Assembly: GCF_030013595.1 (NCBI RefSeq)
Contig: NZ_CP122768.1
Length of the DNA: 64,000 bases
Direction: 5' to 3' (one strand)
Source of the DNA: Escherichia coli
Lineage (GTDB): Bacteria; Pseudomonadota; Gammaproteobacteria; Enterobacterales; Enterobacteriaceae
The notes under the pieces are model-generated. The model made no database searches, was not told the origin of the DNA, and saw nothing but the letters and a program-made list of their open reading frames with translations. Positions 34,158 to 43,829 of this stretch are shown here, one piece after another (within the stretch, counting starts at the first letter, position 1; the number at the start of each line of letters is the position of its first letter). Position numbers and translations under genes: made by a program.

Positions 34158-34565
34158 CTATTTGCTCATCATCTTGCGCACCAACTGCATAAACAGCTCC
34201 TTCTCTTCTGCACTCAAACGCCCCAAAAATTCCTCATCCACACTGTCACCAATGGGGATCGCCGCAGCAAGTACCTTTTCTCCTTCGGCAGTCAGCCAGA
34301 CAAAGCGACGCCGCTTGTCAGCGGCGTCATGTTCACGTCTGACTAAGCCACGATTTTCCATTCTTGCCAACATTTCTGCCAGCGTTGCTTTGGTGCTGAC
34401 TGCTGCTTCTATCAGTGCCACCTGTTCGATACCAGGCTTATCAGCAATGGCGCGCATCACCGCGTACTGTGGTTTGGTGAGGTCAGGTAACTCGTGCTGC
34501 CAGCGAGCCGTGTGCTGCTGAAAAAGCTGTCGTAACTGATGGAACGCTTTATTTCGTAACGCCAT
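34158..34565 (-). CDS. MarR/SlyA-family transcriptional regulator
   Basis: 135-aa from complement ATG 34565 (MALRNKAFHQLRQLF...), winged-helix region; divergent from decarboxylase operon. Confidence 0.75.
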   Translation of the reverse strand: MALRNKAFHQLRQLFQQHTARWQHELPDLTKPQYAVMRAIADKPGIEQVALIEAAVSTKATLAEMLARMENRGLVRREHDAADKRRRFVWLTAEGEKVLAAAIPIGDSVDEEFLGRLSAEEKELFMQLVRKMMSK

Positions 34566-34711
34566 GTAAACTCCGGGCAAACTATCTGCCGCTATCATAG
34601 CGGTTTTTCAGTGACGAAGAAGATGTTGTTACTTTTCAGTGCTTGCCGCGATGAAAACAGAGGCGTATTTTAATAATGACGTTCGTATACGAACAATTAA
34701 GAGAATAAACA

Positions 34712-35305
34712 ATGAGACTGATCGTCGGGATGACAGGGGCTACCGGTGCGCCTCTTGGGGTGGCATTACTGCAAGCGCTGCGGGAGATGCCGAATGTCGA
34801 GACTCATCTGGTGATGTCGAAGTGGGCGAAAACCACTATTGAACTGGAAACGCCTTACAGCGCTCGCGATGTTGCCGCCCTCGCAGACTTCAACCATAAC
34901 CCGGCGGATCAGGCGGCGACTATCTCTTCCGGCTCCTTTCGTACCGACGGCATGATCGTTATTCCATGCAGTATGAAAACGCTCGCCGGTATCCGCGCTG
35001 GTTACGCCGATGGTCTCGTGGGGCGCGCGGCGGACGTCGTGCTCAAAGAAGGCCGCAAACTGGTGCTGGTGCCGCGTGAAATGCCGCTTAGCACAATCCA
35101 TCTCGAAAATATGCTCGCACTTTCGCGCATGGGCGTGGCGATGGTGCCGCCGATGCCTGCCTTTTATAACCATCCCGAAACGGTAGATGACATTGTCCAC
35201 CACGTGGTAGCCCGCGTGCTGGATCAATTTGGCCTCGAACATCCTCACGCCAGGCGCTGGCAAGGATTGCCGCAGGCCCGGAATTTTTCTCAGGAGAATG
35301 AATAA
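34712..35305 (+). CDS. ecdB: UbiX-like flavin prenyltransferase (phenolic acid decarboxylase subunit B, Pad1-like)
   Basis: 197-aa MRLIVGMTGATGAPLGVALLQAL..., UbiX/Pad1 flavoprotein signature. Confidence 0.85.
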   Translation: MRLIVGMTGATGAPLGVALLQALREMPNVETHLVMSKWAKTTIELETPYSARDVAALADFNHNPADQAATISSGSFRTDGMIVIPCSMKTLAGIRAGYADGLVGRAADVVLKEGRKLVLVPREMPLSTIHLENMLALSRMGVAMVPPMPAFYNHPETVDDIVHHVVARVLDQFGLEHPHARRWQGLPQARNFSQENE

Positions 35306-36732
35306 TGGCATTTGATGATTTACGCAGCTTTTTACAGGCGCTTGATGACCACGGCCAGTTACTGAAAATCAGCGAAGAGGTGAACGCGGAACCGGATCTG
35401 GCAGCCGCTGCCAACGCCACCGGACGTATCGGCGATGGTGCACCGGCGCTGTGGTTTGACAATATTCGCGGCTTTATCGATGCCCGCGTGGCAATGAATA
35501 CCATCGGTTCCTGGCAGAACCACGCGATTTCCCTCGGCCTGCCGCCAAACACCCCGGTTAAAAAGCAGATTGATGAGTTTATCCGCCGCTGGGATAACTT
35601 CCCCATTACCCCGGAGCGCCGCGCCAATCCAGCCTGGGCGCAGAACACCGTCGATGGCGACGAGATCAACCTGTTCGATATTCTGCCGCTGTTTCGTTTA
35701 AACGACGGTGATGGCGGTTTCTATCTCGATAAAGCGTGCGTGGTTTCCCGCGATCCGCTCGACCCGGATAACTTCGGCAAGCAGAACGTCGGCATCTACC
35801 GCATGGAAGTGAAGGGCAAACGTAAGCTCGGCCTGCAACCGGTGCCGATGCACGATATCGCTCTGCATCTGCATAAAGCGGAAGAACGCGGTGAAGATCT
35901 GCCGATTGCCATCACCCTGGGTAACGATCCGATCATCACCCTGATGGGCGCCACGCCGCTGAAATACGATCAGTCTGAGTACGAAATGGCGGGCGCGCTG
36001 CGCGAAAGCCCGTACCCGATCGCCACCGCCCCGCTGACCGGTTTTGATGTGCCGTGGGGCTCGGAAGTGATCCTCGAAGGGGTTATCGAAAGTCGTAAAC
36101 GTGAGATTGAAGGGCCGTTCGGTGAGTTTACCGGTCACTACTCCGGCGGGCGTAACATGACCGTGGTGCGTATCGATAAAGTCTCTTACCGTACCAAACC
36201 GATTTTCGAATCGCTCTATCTTGGTATGCCGTGGACCGAAATCGACTACCTGATGGGGCCTGCCACCTGCGTGCCGCTGTATCAGCAACTGAAAGCCGAG
36301 TTCCCGGAAGTGCAGGCGGTAAACGCCATGTACACCCACGGCCTGTTGGCGATTATCTCCACCAAAAAACGCTACGGCGGCTTTGCCCGCGCGGTGGGCC
36401 TGCGTGCAATGACCACGCCGCACGGTCTGGGCTACGTGAAGATGGTGATTATGGTCGATGAAGACGTTGATCCGTTCAACCTGCCGCAGGTGATGTGGGC
36501 GCTCTCCTCGAAAGTGAACCCGGCAGGCGACCTGGTGCAGTTGCCAAATATGTCCGTGCTGGAACTCGACCCTGGCTCAAGCCCGGCGGGGATCACCGAC
36601 AAGCTGATTATCGACGCCACCACGCCTGTCGCCCCGGACAACCGTGGTCACTACAGCCAGCCGGTGGTGGATTTACCGGAAACCAAAGCCTGGGCTGAAA
36701 AACTGACTGCTATGCTGGCCGCACGTAAATAA
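35305..36732 (+). CDS. ecdC: UbiD-family (de)carboxylase (phenolic acid decarboxylase subunit C)
   Basis: 475-aa ORF; TAATG overlap with upstream gene. Confidence 0.85.
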   Translation: MAFDDLRSFLQALDDHGQLLKISEEVNAEPDLAAAANATGRIGDGAPALWFDNIRGFIDARVAMNTIGSWQNHAISLGLPPNTPVKKQIDEFIRRWDNFPITPERRANPAWAQNTVDGDEINLFDILPLFRLNDGDGGFYLDKACVVSRDPLDPDNFGKQNVGIYRMEVKGKRKLGLQPVPMHDIALHLHKAEERGEDLPIAITLGNDPIITLMGATPLKYDQSEYEMAGALRESPYPIATAPLTGFDVPWGSEVILEGVIESRKREIEGPFGEFTGHYSGGRNMTVVRIDKVSYRTKPIFESLYLGMPWTEIDYLMGPATCVPLYQQLKAEFPEVQAVNAMYTHGLLAIISTKKRYGGFARAVGLRAMTTPHGLGYVKMVIMVDEDVDPFNLPQVMWALSSKVNPAGDLVQLPNMSVLELDPGSSPAGITDKLIIDATTPVAPDNRGHYSQPVVDLPETKAWAEKLTAMLAARK

Positions 36733-36742
36733 GGAGAACAAG

Positions 36743-36979
36743 ATGATTTGTCCACGTTGTGCCGATGAACAGATTGAAGTGATGGCGAAATCGCCGGTGA
36801 AAGATGTCTGGACGGTCTACCAGTGCCAGCATTGCCTTTATACCTGGCGCGATACCGAACCGCTACGCCGCACTAGCCGCGAACATTATCCCGAAGCGTT
36901 CCGCATGACGCAGAAAGATATTGATGACGCGCCGATGGTGCCGAGCATCCCGCCGCTGCTGGCGGAAGGTAAGCGCTAA
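36743..36979 (+). CDS. ecdD: Small Cys-rich subunit D of phenolic acid decarboxylase
   Basis: 78-aa MICPRCADEQIEVMAKSPVKDVWTVYQCQHCLYTW..., CxxC...CxxC; 10 bp after ecdC. Confidence 0.7.
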   Translation: MICPRCADEQIEVMAKSPVKDVWTVYQCQHCLYTWRDTEPLRRTSREHYPEAFRMTQKDIDDAPMVPSIPPLLAEGKR

Positions 36980-36981
36980 AT

Positions 36982-37013
36982 AAAAGGTCCGATGCCCATC
37001 GGACCTTTTTATT
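36982..37013. terminator. Bidirectional rho-independent terminator between ecdD and ygbN
   Basis: aaaa-ggtccgatg-ccc-catcggacc-tttttatt. Confidence 0.7.
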
Positions 37014-37017
37014 AAGG

Positions 37018-38382
37018 TCAAATTACCGCCCATACGCACCAGGTAATTAAGAATCCGGTAAAACCGAGAATGGTCGTTAACACTGTCCAGGTTTTCAGAC
37101 CGTCTGCTACCGACAACCCCAGATATTTGGTCACAATCCAGAACCCTGAGTCATTAATATGTGACGCGCCAAGCCCACCAAAGCAGGCTGCCAGCGTCAC
37201 CAATACGCACTGAATCGGATTCAATCCCATCACCGCTTCTGAGAGTAACCCGCCGGTTGTCAGGATTGCTACGGTTGCTGACCCCTGCGATGCACGCAGC
37301 GCCAGTGAAATAATAAATGCGGCTGGTAACAGAGGCAGGTCAATCATTTGTAGCATGTTGGCAAGGGCTTTGCCGACGCCCGATTCCACCAGCACTTTGC
37401 CAAATACCCCTCCAGCACCAGTAACCAAAATCACTACCGCCGCAGTGGGAAGGGCTGAGCCCATAATGTCGCTGGTGTGTTGTAAGCTCCAGCCGCGACG
37501 TAAAGCCAATAACCAGAATGCCAGTACCAGCGCAATCATTAGAGCTACCATTGGTGAGCCGATCAGCTGTAGCGTACCAAGCAGGGGATGCGAAGGCGGC
37601 ATCAGTGTTGCGGAAACCGTACCCGCCATGATAATCGCGATAGGAATAACAATTAGCGAGGTGACCAGCGCGACGCCCGGTGGATTTATTTTATCGCTTA
37701 ATTTTGTCGCGCCTTCCTCACTGGCCGGAGCCAGTTGCATCTGTTCCAGTACTTCCACCGACATCGCATATTGGCGCTTATTGATTATTTTCGCTGCAAA
37801 GTAGCCAACAATCCCTACTGGAATAGAAATCGCAATACCGATGATGGTTAGCCAGCCGATGTCTGCGTGGAGTAACCCCGCTGCGGCGACAGGGCCTGGA
37901 TGCGGCGGTACCGCCACATGAACAGTTAGCATGATTCCAGCGACAGGCAGGCCAAATTTGAGTGGCGATATTTTGGCAACCTTGGCAAAACCGTAAATGA
38001 TTGGCGCAAGAATAATAAAGCCGACATCAAAGAAGACGGGAATACCGAGGAAGAACGCTGCCAGAGTCAGCGCAGCGATAGTTCGTTTGTCACCTAACTT
38101 GCGACTGAAATAATTAGCCAGTGACTCTGCACCACCAGAGTGTTCGATCATACGCCCCAGCATAGCGCCCAGACCAATAATAATAGTGACGGAACCAAGC
38201 ACACCGCCCATCCCGGCGATCATCACTTTACCCACTTCGCCCGCCGGTATACCCGCCGCAAGTGCGACTAACAGGCTGACGAGGAGCAGAGCAACGAATG
38301 GTTGTACCTTTGCCTTGATGACCAGCAGCAACAGCATGATTACGCCAGTTAACGCAATGCATAACAATGTAATTGTGGACAT
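37018..38382 (-). CDS. ygbN: GntP-family permease
   Basis: 454-aa polytopic ORF MSTITLLCIALTGVIMLLLLVIKAKVQPF... Confidence 0.87.
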   Translation of the reverse strand: MSTITLLCIALTGVIMLLLLVIKAKVQPFVALLLVSLLVALAAGIPAGEVGKVMIAGMGGVLGSVTIIIGLGAMLGRMIEHSGGAESLANYFSRKLGDKRTIAALTLAAFFLGIPVFFDVGFIILAPIIYGFAKVAKISPLKFGLPVAGIMLTVHVAVPPHPGPVAAAGLLHADIGWLTIIGIAISIPVGIVGYFAAKIINKRQYAMSVEVLEQMQLAPASEEGATKLSDKINPPGVALVTSLIVIPIAIIMAGTVSATLMPPSHPLLGTLQLIGSPMVALMIALVLAFWLLALRRGWSLQHTSDIMGSALPTAAVVILVTGAGGVFGKVLVESGVGKALANMLQMIDLPLLPAAFIISLALRASQGSATVAILTTGGLLSEAVMGLNPIQCVLVTLAACFGGLGASHINDSGFWIVTKYLGLSVADGLKTWTVLTTILGFTGFLITWCVWAVI

Positions 38383-38470
38383 GGGAAACCCTGTCTGAAA
38401 GTTATAGTTAACCTACCCCATCCGTAGATGGGGGGATGTATGGGTACGTTGTAATTAGGGATTTAACGAA

Positions 38471-39247
38471 TTAGCGCCAGGCGTCAAACCAGCCAAGCCC
38501 TTCTTCGGTGAGGCCACGAGGTTTATATTCACAACCGATCCAGCCCTGATATCCCACCTCATCGAACAGGCGGAACAGCCACGGATAGTTGATTTCTCCA
38601 TCGTCCGGTTCATGTCGATCAGGTAGTCCGGCAATTTGTACGTGCGCATATTTCCCGGCGTAGTCGCGGATTAAATGCGTCAGGTTGCCATCTACTTTTT
38701 GCGCATGAAAAGTATCTAGTTGAATAAACACGTTATCTCGCGCAACTTCTTCAACAATAGCCAGTGCCTGATACTGGCTGGAGAAGAGATAATGAGGCTT
38801 AACGCCGGGGCTGAGTGCTTCAACTAATATTCGCTTGCCGTGTGGCGCAAAGCGGTCGGCAGCGTAGCGGAGGTTATCGATAAATACTGCCCTGTACCGT
38901 TCAGCATCTTCGCCAGCGGGCACGACGCCTGCCATCACATGGACTTGTTCACAATTGAGCGCCAATGCATATTCCAGTGCCAGGTCGATGTCTGCGTGTG
39001 CTTCGTGCTCACGTCCGGGAAGGGCGGATAATCCCCATTCCCCCGCATTAATATCTCCGGGAGCGGTATTGAACAGCGCCAGTGTCAGATGGTTTTGCTC
39101 CAGTTGCTTTTGGATTTGCAGGGTGGAGTAGTCATAGGGAAACAGAAATTCCACAGCATCGAACCCGGCTTTTCGCGCTGCGGCGAAGCGTTCAATAAAA
39201 GGCACTTCGGTGAACATCATGGATAAATTAGCTGCAAAACGAGGCAT
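38471..39247 (-). CDS. ygbM: Hydroxypyruvate isomerase-family protein (2-oxo-tetronate isomerase OtnI)
   Basis: 258-aa [37 protein letters not shown]..., TIM-barrel sugar isomerase. Confidence 0.85.
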   Translation of the reverse strand: MPRFAANLSMMFTEVPFIERFAAARKAGFDAVEFLFPYDYSTLQIQKQLEQNHLTLALFNTAPGDINAGEWGLSALPGREHEAHADIDLALEYALALNCEQVHVMAGVVPAGEDAERYRAVFIDNLRYAADRFAPHGKRILVEALSPGVKPHYLFSSQYQALAIVEEVARDNVFIQLDTFHAQKVDGNLTHLIRDYAGKYAHVQIAGLPDRHEPDDGEINYPWLFRLFDEVGYQGWIGCEYKPRGLTEEGLGWFDAWR

Positions 39248-39251
39248 TGCA

Positions 39252-39890
39252 TTAACTCCTTAATTCCGCAATTTCACCTGCGGTCAGATAACGGATCGGG
39301 CGATCACCGAGAATAAAAATCAGCTTTGCCGTTTCCTCCAGCTCTTCCATATTGTTGGCGGCTTCTTGCAGGCTTTCACCGCAAACCACTGGGCCATGAT
39401 TTGCCAGTAAAAAAGCCTGATTGTCTGCTGCCAGTTCCGCCAGATCCTGTGCGATGCGTTTATCGCCCGGTCGGTAATAAGGCACCAGCGGGATATTTCC
39501 CATCCGCATCACCACGTATGGTGTGAACGGACGAATAACGTTGCTGCTGTCCAGCCCTTGCAGGCAGGAAAGCGCCGTCGACCATGTGCTGTGCAAATGC
39601 ACCACCGCTTTACAGCGCGGATTGTTGCGATACAGCGCCAGATGAAAGAGCACCTCTTTCGAGGGTTTGTCACCACTTAACCATTCGCCATCCGCGGCGA
39701 CTTTGGAAAGCCGCTGCGGATCGAGATTGCCCAGGCATGAACCTGTCGGTGTCGCCAGTAAATTCCCGTCAGGTAAAAGCAGCGACAGATTGCCAGCCGA
39801 ACCGGTTGCATAGCCGCGCTGAAAGAATGAACTGGCAATCCGCGTCATCTCCTCTCGCAAAGACTGCTCTACTTTTGCGAAATCGCTCAT
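39252..39890 (-). CDS. ygbL: Class II aldolase/adducin-family protein (3-oxo-tetronate 4-phosphate decarboxylase OtnC)
   Basis: 212-aa ORF; synteny in ygbJKLMN operon. Confidence 0.85.
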   Translation of the reverse strand: MSDFAKVEQSLREEMTRIASSFFQRGYATGSAGNLSLLLPDGNLLATPTGSCLGNLDPQRLSKVAADGEWLSGDKPSKEVLFHLALYRNNPRCKAVVHLHSTWSTALSCLQGLDSSNVIRPFTPYVVMRMGNIPLVPYYRPGDKRIAQDLAELAADNQAFLLANHGPVVCGESLQEAANNMEELEETAKLIFILGDRPIRYLTAGEIAELRS

Positions 39891-41149
39891 GATAAAAACT
39901 CTCTTTGGGCTCGTGAAAAAAAGGCGTCATCACCGAAGTTGCCAGATTTAAGGGCGAGTGAGACAGGCTTATCCAGTGCGTTTACCCACGGCACGCCGGG
40001 GGAAATGGTTGGGCCAATATGAAACCCTTTTATTCCCAGGCTCTGTGTGACTACGCCGGAGGTCTCACCGCCTGCGACAATAAAGCGTGTTACGCCTTCC
40101 GCGGCTAACCGCGTCGCTAGTTGAGAAAACAGTGTTTCTACTGCCTGACTGGCTTTTTGTGCACCGTATTGCTGTTGAATTGCTGCCAATGCGTCAGTGC
40201 TGGCGGTGGCAAAAACCAGTGGAGCAAGTACACTTTCCTGGCCCAGAACCCACTCTGCCAGTTCGTGTGCATAAGCGGCCAGAGTTTCAATTGAGAGGCA
40301 GCGTGCCACATCAACTTCACGGGCTGGTGCAATTTGACGGTAATGTGCTACCTGGCGGTTGGTCATTTGAGAGCATGAACCGGAGAGCACTACGCCGCGC
40401 CCAGCGAGCGGATGCCCTGCTTTGCGAGCCTGGTTACCGTTTTCTTGCGCCCACTGCCGGGCAAGGCCAATCGCCAGACCAGAACCGCCCGTTACCAGTG
40501 GGGCATCGCGCAAGGCTTCTCCCTGAATTTCCAGATGGTGTTCGGTCAGCGCATCAAGCACCGCGTAGCGGTAGCCCTCTTGCTGTAAGCGAGCCAGCTC
40601 TTGACGAACGGCATCCACACCTTGTTCGAAAACATGTGCCGAAACGACGCCGCAGCGCCCTGTGGATTGCGCTTCAACCAGACGGGGAAGATAGCTGTCG
40701 GTCATGGGATTTACCGGGTGATGGCGCATCCCGGATTCGGCCAGCAGTTGATTCATTACGAACAAATACCCCTGATAAACCGTACGTCCGTTGACCGGCA
40801 GGGCCGGAGAGAAGACCGTAAACGGCGTGTCGAGAGCATCCATTAATGCATCGGTAACCGGGCCGATATTACCTTTCGCCGTACTGTCGAAAGTAGAGCA
40901 GTATTTGAAATAGATCTGTTTGCAACCTTGCTGTTGCAACCAGCTCAGAGCCGCCAGCGATTGCTGTGTGGCTTCAACCACCGGACAGGAACGCGTTTTC
41001 AGGCTGATCACCAGTGCGTCGATTGCTTCCGGCATTTTACTTGTTGGAACACCGTTAATTTGTACCGTTGGTAGACCGTTTTCCACCAGAAAACTGGCGA
41101 TATCCGTCGCGCCGGTAAAATCATCGGCGATAACGCCAATCTTGATCAT
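39887..41149 (-). CDS. ygbK: Four-carbon acid sugar kinase (3-oxo-tetronate kinase OtnK)
   Basis: 420-aa ORF MIKIGVIADDFTGATDIASFLVENG... Confidence 0.85.
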   Translation of the reverse strand: MIKIGVIADDFTGATDIASFLVENGLPTVQINGVPTSKMPEAIDALVISLKTRSCPVVEATQQSLAALSWLQQQGCKQIYFKYCSTFDSTAKGNIGPVTDALMDALDTPFTVFSPALPVNGRTVYQGYLFVMNQLLAESGMRHHPVNPMTDSYLPRLVEAQSTGRCGVVSAHVFEQGVDAVRQELARLQQEGYRYAVLDALTEHHLEIQGEALRDAPLVTGGSGLAIGLARQWAQENGNQARKAGHPLAGRGVVLSGSCSQMTNRQVAHYRQIAPAREVDVARCLSIETLAAYAHELAEWVLGQESVLAPLVFATASTDALAAIQQQYGAQKASQAVETLFSQLATRLAAEGVTRFIVAGGETSGVVTQSLGIKGFHIGPTISPGVPWVNALDKPVSLALKSGNFGDDAFFSRAQREFLS

Positions 41150-42054
41150 GATTTCGCTCCCGGTAGAGTGATGCCAGAGAAAATCTTGATAACTGCGCTA
41201 TCGTCTTCTTTCCCGTAACCCGCGTTACTGGCGCTGGTGAACATATTCAATGCTGTTGAGGCCAATGGCAGCGGGAAGTGCAGGGCTTTGGCTGTATCGG
41301 CAACCAGACCAAGATCCTTAACAAAAATATCGACGGCTGAATGCGGGGTGTAATCGCCATCCACCACATGACGCATCCGGTTTTCGAACATCCAGGAATT
41401 TCCGGCGGCATTGGTCACGACGTCATACATCACATCCAGCGGGATCCCCGCACGGGCTGCAAGTGCCATCGCTTCGGCTCCGGCAGCAATATGTACGCCC
41501 GCTAACAACTGGTGAATAATTTTTACGGTCGAACCTAGTCCCGGTTCTGCACCTATGCGATAAACTTTTCCGGCAACGGCTTCCAGCACAGGTGCCAGTC
41601 GTTCAAAGGCAATATCGCTACCGGAGGCCATGACAGTCATTTCACCGTTAGCGGCTTTTACTGCACCACCAGAAACTGGCGCATCCAGCATTTCCAGATC
41701 GAATCCAGCCAGAGCGGTAGCAATTTCTTGCGCATCAGCACTAGCGATAGTGGAAGAAACCATTACTGCCGTACCGGGTTTCAGATGTTGTGCAACGCCT
41801 GTTTCACCAAACAGCACCTGTTTAACCTGGGCCGCATTGACCACCAGCACCAGCAGAGCGTCCAGTTTTTCGGCAAACGTCGCGGCGTTATCAGAAACCC
41901 CGCAAGCACCTGCCTCTTTCAACGTAGCGCAGGCATTGCTGTTCAGGTCTGCGCCCCAGGTAGAAAGACCTGCGCGGACACATGACAGTGCTGCTCCCAT
42001 TCCCATTGACCCTAAGCCAACGATACCGACATGAAACTCAGATCCCGTTTTCAT
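41146..42054 (-). CDS. ygbJ: NAD-dependent 3-hydroxyisobutyrate dehydrogenase-family enzyme (L-threonate dehydrogenase LtnD)
   Basis: 302-aa ORF with GLGSMGMGAALS Rossmann motif. Confidence 0.85.
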   Translation of the reverse strand: MKTGSEFHVGIVGLGSMGMGAALSCVRAGLSTWGADLNSNACATLKEAGACGVSDNAATFAEKLDALLVLVVNAAQVKQVLFGETGVAQHLKPGTAVMVSSTIASADAQEIATALAGFDLEMLDAPVSGGAVKAANGEMTVMASGSDIAFERLAPVLEAVAGKVYRIGAEPGLGSTVKIIHQLLAGVHIAAGAEAMALAARAGIPLDVMYDVVTNAAGNSWMFENRMRHVVDGDYTPHSAVDIFVKDLGLVADTAKALHFPLPLASTALNMFTSASNAGYGKEDDSAVIKIFSGITLPGAKS

Positions 42055-42219
42055 CTGCTCTCCTTGTTAATTTAAGTGATATTTTGTTTGATATTGTGAA
42101 TATAGGCGCTGGAAGATAACGATATGGTGAGCTGATTCACAAAAATTAACATTGTGTGTTATTTTATGTGAACTAAGCGTTAGTTGCGCCGCGCACGTTT
42201 CGCAGGCAAATAGCGTAGA

Positions 42220-43017
42220 ATGTCAGCAGGACAAAGGAAGGAGCAAAAGTTGATACCCGTAGAGCGTCGCCAAATCATCCTTGAGATGGTAGCTGAAAAA
42301 GGCATTGTCAGTATTGCTGAACTAACGGACAGAATGAATGTGTCACATATGACCATTCGTCGGGATTTACAAAAACTGGAGCAGCAGGGAGCCGTTGTGC
42401 TGGTGTCCGGAGGCGTCCAGTCTCCGGGACGCGTGGCGCATGAACCTTCTCATCAGGTAAAAACTGCGCTGGCAATGACGCAAAAAGCGGCTATTGGCAA
42501 GCTGGCGGCAAGTCTTGTTCAGCCGGGAAGTTGTATCTATCTGGATGCGGGAACGACCACGCTAGCGATAGCACAGCATCTGATTCACATGGAGTCACTG
42601 ACTGTGGTCACAAACGATTTCGTTATTGCGGACTACTTGCTCGACAACAGTAATTGCACAATTATTCACACTGGCGGTGCAGTGTGTCGGGAAAACCGTT
42701 CCTGTGTCGGGGAAGCCGCTGCGACCATGCTGCGCAGCCTGATGATTGATCAGGCTTTTATTTCTGCATCGTCATGGAGTGTGCGGGGGATTTCTACGCC
42801 AGCGGAAGATAAAGTCACGGTGAAACGGGCGATTGCCAGTGCCAGCCGCCAGCGAGTTTTGGTCTGTGATGCGACGAAATATGGTCAGGTGGCGACATGG
42901 CTGGCGTTACCATTAAGCGAGTTTGATCAGATTATTACAGACGACGGTTTGCCGGAGAGTGCCAGTCGCGCGCTGGCGAAGCAGGATCTCTCTTTGCTGG
43001 TAGCGAAAAATGAATAA
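42220..43017 (+). CDS. ygbI: DeoR-family transcriptional regulator (true start may be TTG at 42250, which has a better SD)
   Basis: ORF with N-terminal HTH ERRQIILEMVAEKGIVSIAELTDRMNVSHMTIRRDL; divergent from ygbJ. Confidence 0.8.
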   Translation: MSAGQRKEQKLIPVERRQIILEMVAEKGIVSIAELTDRMNVSHMTIRRDLQKLEQQGAVVLVSGGVQSPGRVAHEPSHQVKTALAMTQKAAIGKLAASLVQPGSCIYLDAGTTTLAIAQHLIHMESLTVVTNDFVIADYLLDNSNCTIIHTGGAVCRENRSCVGEAAATMLRSLMIDQAFISASSWSVRGISTPAEDKVTVKRAIASASRQRVLVCDATKYGQVATWLALPLSEFDQIITDDGLPESASRALAKQDLSLLVAKNE

Positions 43018-43040
43018 TGGCCTGCAATAACACCGGGTTA

Positions 43041-43066
43041 CTCATGCTTCACAGAAGAAGCATGAG
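43041..43066. terminator. Bidirectional terminator between convergent ygbI and pphB
   Basis: ctcatgcttc-acagaa-gaagcatgag 10-bp stem, followed by ctttatttta. Confidence 0.6.
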
Positions 43067-43067
43067 A

Positions 43068-43724
43068 CTACTTTATTTTATAAAATGACAGCCGCCCGCT
43101 TTTCGGCGATCCGGTATCAATATAAATCTGGTTTGCGAACGTCTGAATGTTATCAAACATCATATGTCCAAATATAAAATAATCAGCGCCGTTTATTTGT
43201 TGTAACTCGCCATTAAGCGATTTCTGCACACGATCAACAGGCCAGAGTAGTTCTCTCTCCGCTATTTCTTTGCCAAAGAGATATTCACTCCCCGGATAAT
43301 CTGCATGCGCGATGACATATTTTATTATGTCGTTAGTGATTTCAATAATATGTGGAAGGTGATGAAATTTCAGCAACAGATCTATTGCTTCTTGTTGTTC
43401 CGTCTCATTTAATTCAAAGAACCAGTCGCCGCCGCTGGCAAGCCACATATTGCCATCGCCGGTCGCGAACGCATCCAACGCCATCGCTTCATGGTTGCCT
43501 TTAACCGATGTAAACCAGGGCTGGTTTAGCAGGCGCAGCACGTTAAGACTCTCCGGCCCACGATCAATATTATCGCCGACAGAAATAAGTAAGTCGGTTT
43601 CAGGGCAAAAAGAGAGTTGATGTAAGCGGGATTGTAATAATTGATAGTCACCATGAATATCACCAACGGCCCATATATGGCGATAGTGATGGGCATTAAT
43701 TTTTTGATAGCGTGTAGATGGCAT
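43068..43724 (-). CDS. pphB: Serine/threonine protein phosphatase 2 (PPP family)
   Basis: 218-aa ORF with GDIHGD and GNHE metallophosphatase motifs. Confidence 0.87.
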   Translation of the reverse strand: MPSTRYQKINAHHYRHIWAVGDIHGDYQLLQSRLHQLSFCPETDLLISVGDNIDRGPESLNVLRLLNQPWFTSVKGNHEAMALDAFATGDGNMWLASGGDWFFELNETEQQEAIDLLLKFHHLPHIIEITNDIIKYVIAHADYPGSEYLFGKEIAERELLWPVDRVQKSLNGELQQINGADYFIFGHMMFDNIQTFANQIYIDTGSPKSGRLSFYKIK

Positions 43725-43796
43725 GGTTTTACCCTGTAAAATAAGATTTCCTATTATACAGGGTGTTTTTATTTGATTCGTCAGTTGTCGTTAATA

Positions 43797-43823
43797 TTCC
43801 CGATAGCAAAAGACTATCGGGAA
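43797..43823 (-). terminator. Hairpin 7 nt downstream of mutS stop (ttcccgata...tatcgggaa)
   Basis: 9-bp stem read from sequence; weak U-tract, so could instead be a regulatory stem upstream of pphB. Confidence 0.35.
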
Positions 43824-43829
43824 TTGTTA

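Noticed and set aside
35698-36423. 241-aa minus-strand ORF antisense to the UbiD-like gene
   Set aside because: Shadow ORF within a recognised coding region.
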